Positions 15,047 through 15,722 of a DNA stretch of 15,722 nt are shown piece by piece (positions within the stretch are counted from its first letter, which is position 1; each line of letters opens with the position of its first letter). The notes under the pieces were generated by a model. It did not search any database. It was not told the DNA's origin and was given only the letters and a program-made list of their open reading frames with translations. The translations under genes and the position numbers were made by a program. Origin of the DNA: a virus (taxonomy: Duplodnaviria; Heunggongvirae; Uroviricota; Caudoviricetes); the IMG/VR virus record IMGVR_UViG_3300028048_000122; one strand, 5' to 3'.

Positions 15047-15722
15047 CGAGAAGAAAGACGAAAAGCAAGAAGATAAAAAAGACGAGAAGAAAGACGAAAA
15101 TAAGCAAGCCCCGCAGCAAAATGCGCTAGGAAAAAAGGTTCAGGCCTTCATGGACTGGTGCATAAAAACATCCGAAGGACCAGCACTTTATGTCTGGGGT
15201 GCGCATGGTCCGGATAATTATGACTGTACAGGCTTTTTAAGTTGCGGTCTGCAGGCGGCCGGATTCGACATGCCTCCATGTCATGGCACGGCATTTGATA
15301 ATAATATCCAGGCGGCTGGTTTTACTCTTATCCCGTACGACGATAGCCAGGGTACCGCACCGTTGATGCCTGGCGACGTATTATCCAATCCTCATCACGT
15401 AGAACTTTATATAGGTAACGGCAATGTAGTCGGCGCGCATTCAAAAAACAAACCCGCCGCCGATCAGGTAAGCGTAGAACCATGGTTTGCCGACGACTGG
15501 ACGGAAATTTATCGTTGTACCGGAGCTACCGGCGTAACCAATGCTGACGGCTCTACTGCGGCTAATGCCATATACGGCCTTATGGGCGCGGCTAAAAGCA
15601 GCGATGGCGGTTTTCGTATTACACCAAGGGGAGGCGACACGGTTCATATCGTAAAACTTCCCGATAAGAAAACCTTCTGCGAGCCTATCTACCCTGACTA
15701 CGTGACCGTATCGGATACGGTT
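15039..15722 (+). CDS. NlpC/P60 family cysteine peptidase (peptidoglycan hydrolase-like), 3'-truncated by the window edge; absent from the ORF track
   Basis: My translation is open from ATG 15039 to the end: MPDEKKDEKQ...LYVWGAHGPDNYDCTGF...MPGDVLSNPHHVELYIGNGNVVGAHS. This has the YxWG, DCxG, PGD and H-V-x-L-Y-x-G-N-G catalytic motifs. Confidence 0.9.
   Translation, partial: MPDEKKDEKQEDKKDEKKDENKQAPQQNALGKKVQAFMDWCIKTSEGPALYVWGAHGPDNYDCTGFLSCGLQAAGFDMPPCHGTAFDNNIQAAGFTLIPYDDSQGTAPLMPGDVLSNPHHVELYIGNGNVVGAHSKNKPAADQVSVEPWFADDWTEIYRCTGATGVTNADGSTAANAIYGLMGAAKSSDGGFRITPRGGDTVHIVKLPDKKTFCEPIYPDYVTVSDTV
15045..15100 (+). repeat. 20-nt direct repeat within a low-complexity D/E/K linker
   Basis: GACGAGAAGAAAGACGAAAA at 15045-15064 and 15081-15100 (DEKKDE x2). 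Confidence 0.8.

Noticed and set aside
15441-15647. 68-aa minus-strand ORF
   Set aside because: Antisense to the NlpC/P60 gene, which has clear catalytic motifs
1-15722. CRISPR array, tRNA or rRNA genes
   Set aside because: No regularly spaced repeats or cloverleaf/rRNA-like segments seen; the hairpin-rich 12035-12396 region is explained by the intron

Overview
This window looks like part of a large extrachromosomal or integrated element from a Firmicutes-type host, either a large or plasmid-like phage or a megaplasmid; that assignment is inference. From left to right it holds: small phage-type ORFs; a stand-alone NrdD-type glycyl-radical domain; thyX; a parA-parB pair on the minus strand; an AT-rich divergent promoter region with repeated AAAAGTAT sites; and an apparent ~9.6 kb operon. 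The operon encodes a coiled-coil protein, DnaE (Pol III alpha), a methyltransferase-fold protein lacking the NPPY motif, and an SF2/SNF2-like helicase, and it ends at a strong terminator. After that come a hypothetical gene and an NlpC/P60 protein that runs off the right edge. The main finding is that the helicase is one gene, not two ORFs. A 1496-nt group I intron (10901-12396) splits it inside Walker A (GEMGVG|KT), with the canonical exon-U and terminal-G boundaries. The intron has a readable P1-P9 ribozyme core and a HTH-LAGLIDADG homing endonuclease in the P1 loop, and a hairpin can bury that ORF's SD and start codon. Splicing would restore a 1038-aa helicase. All calls come from reading motifs and base pairing by eye; no searches or folding programs were run.
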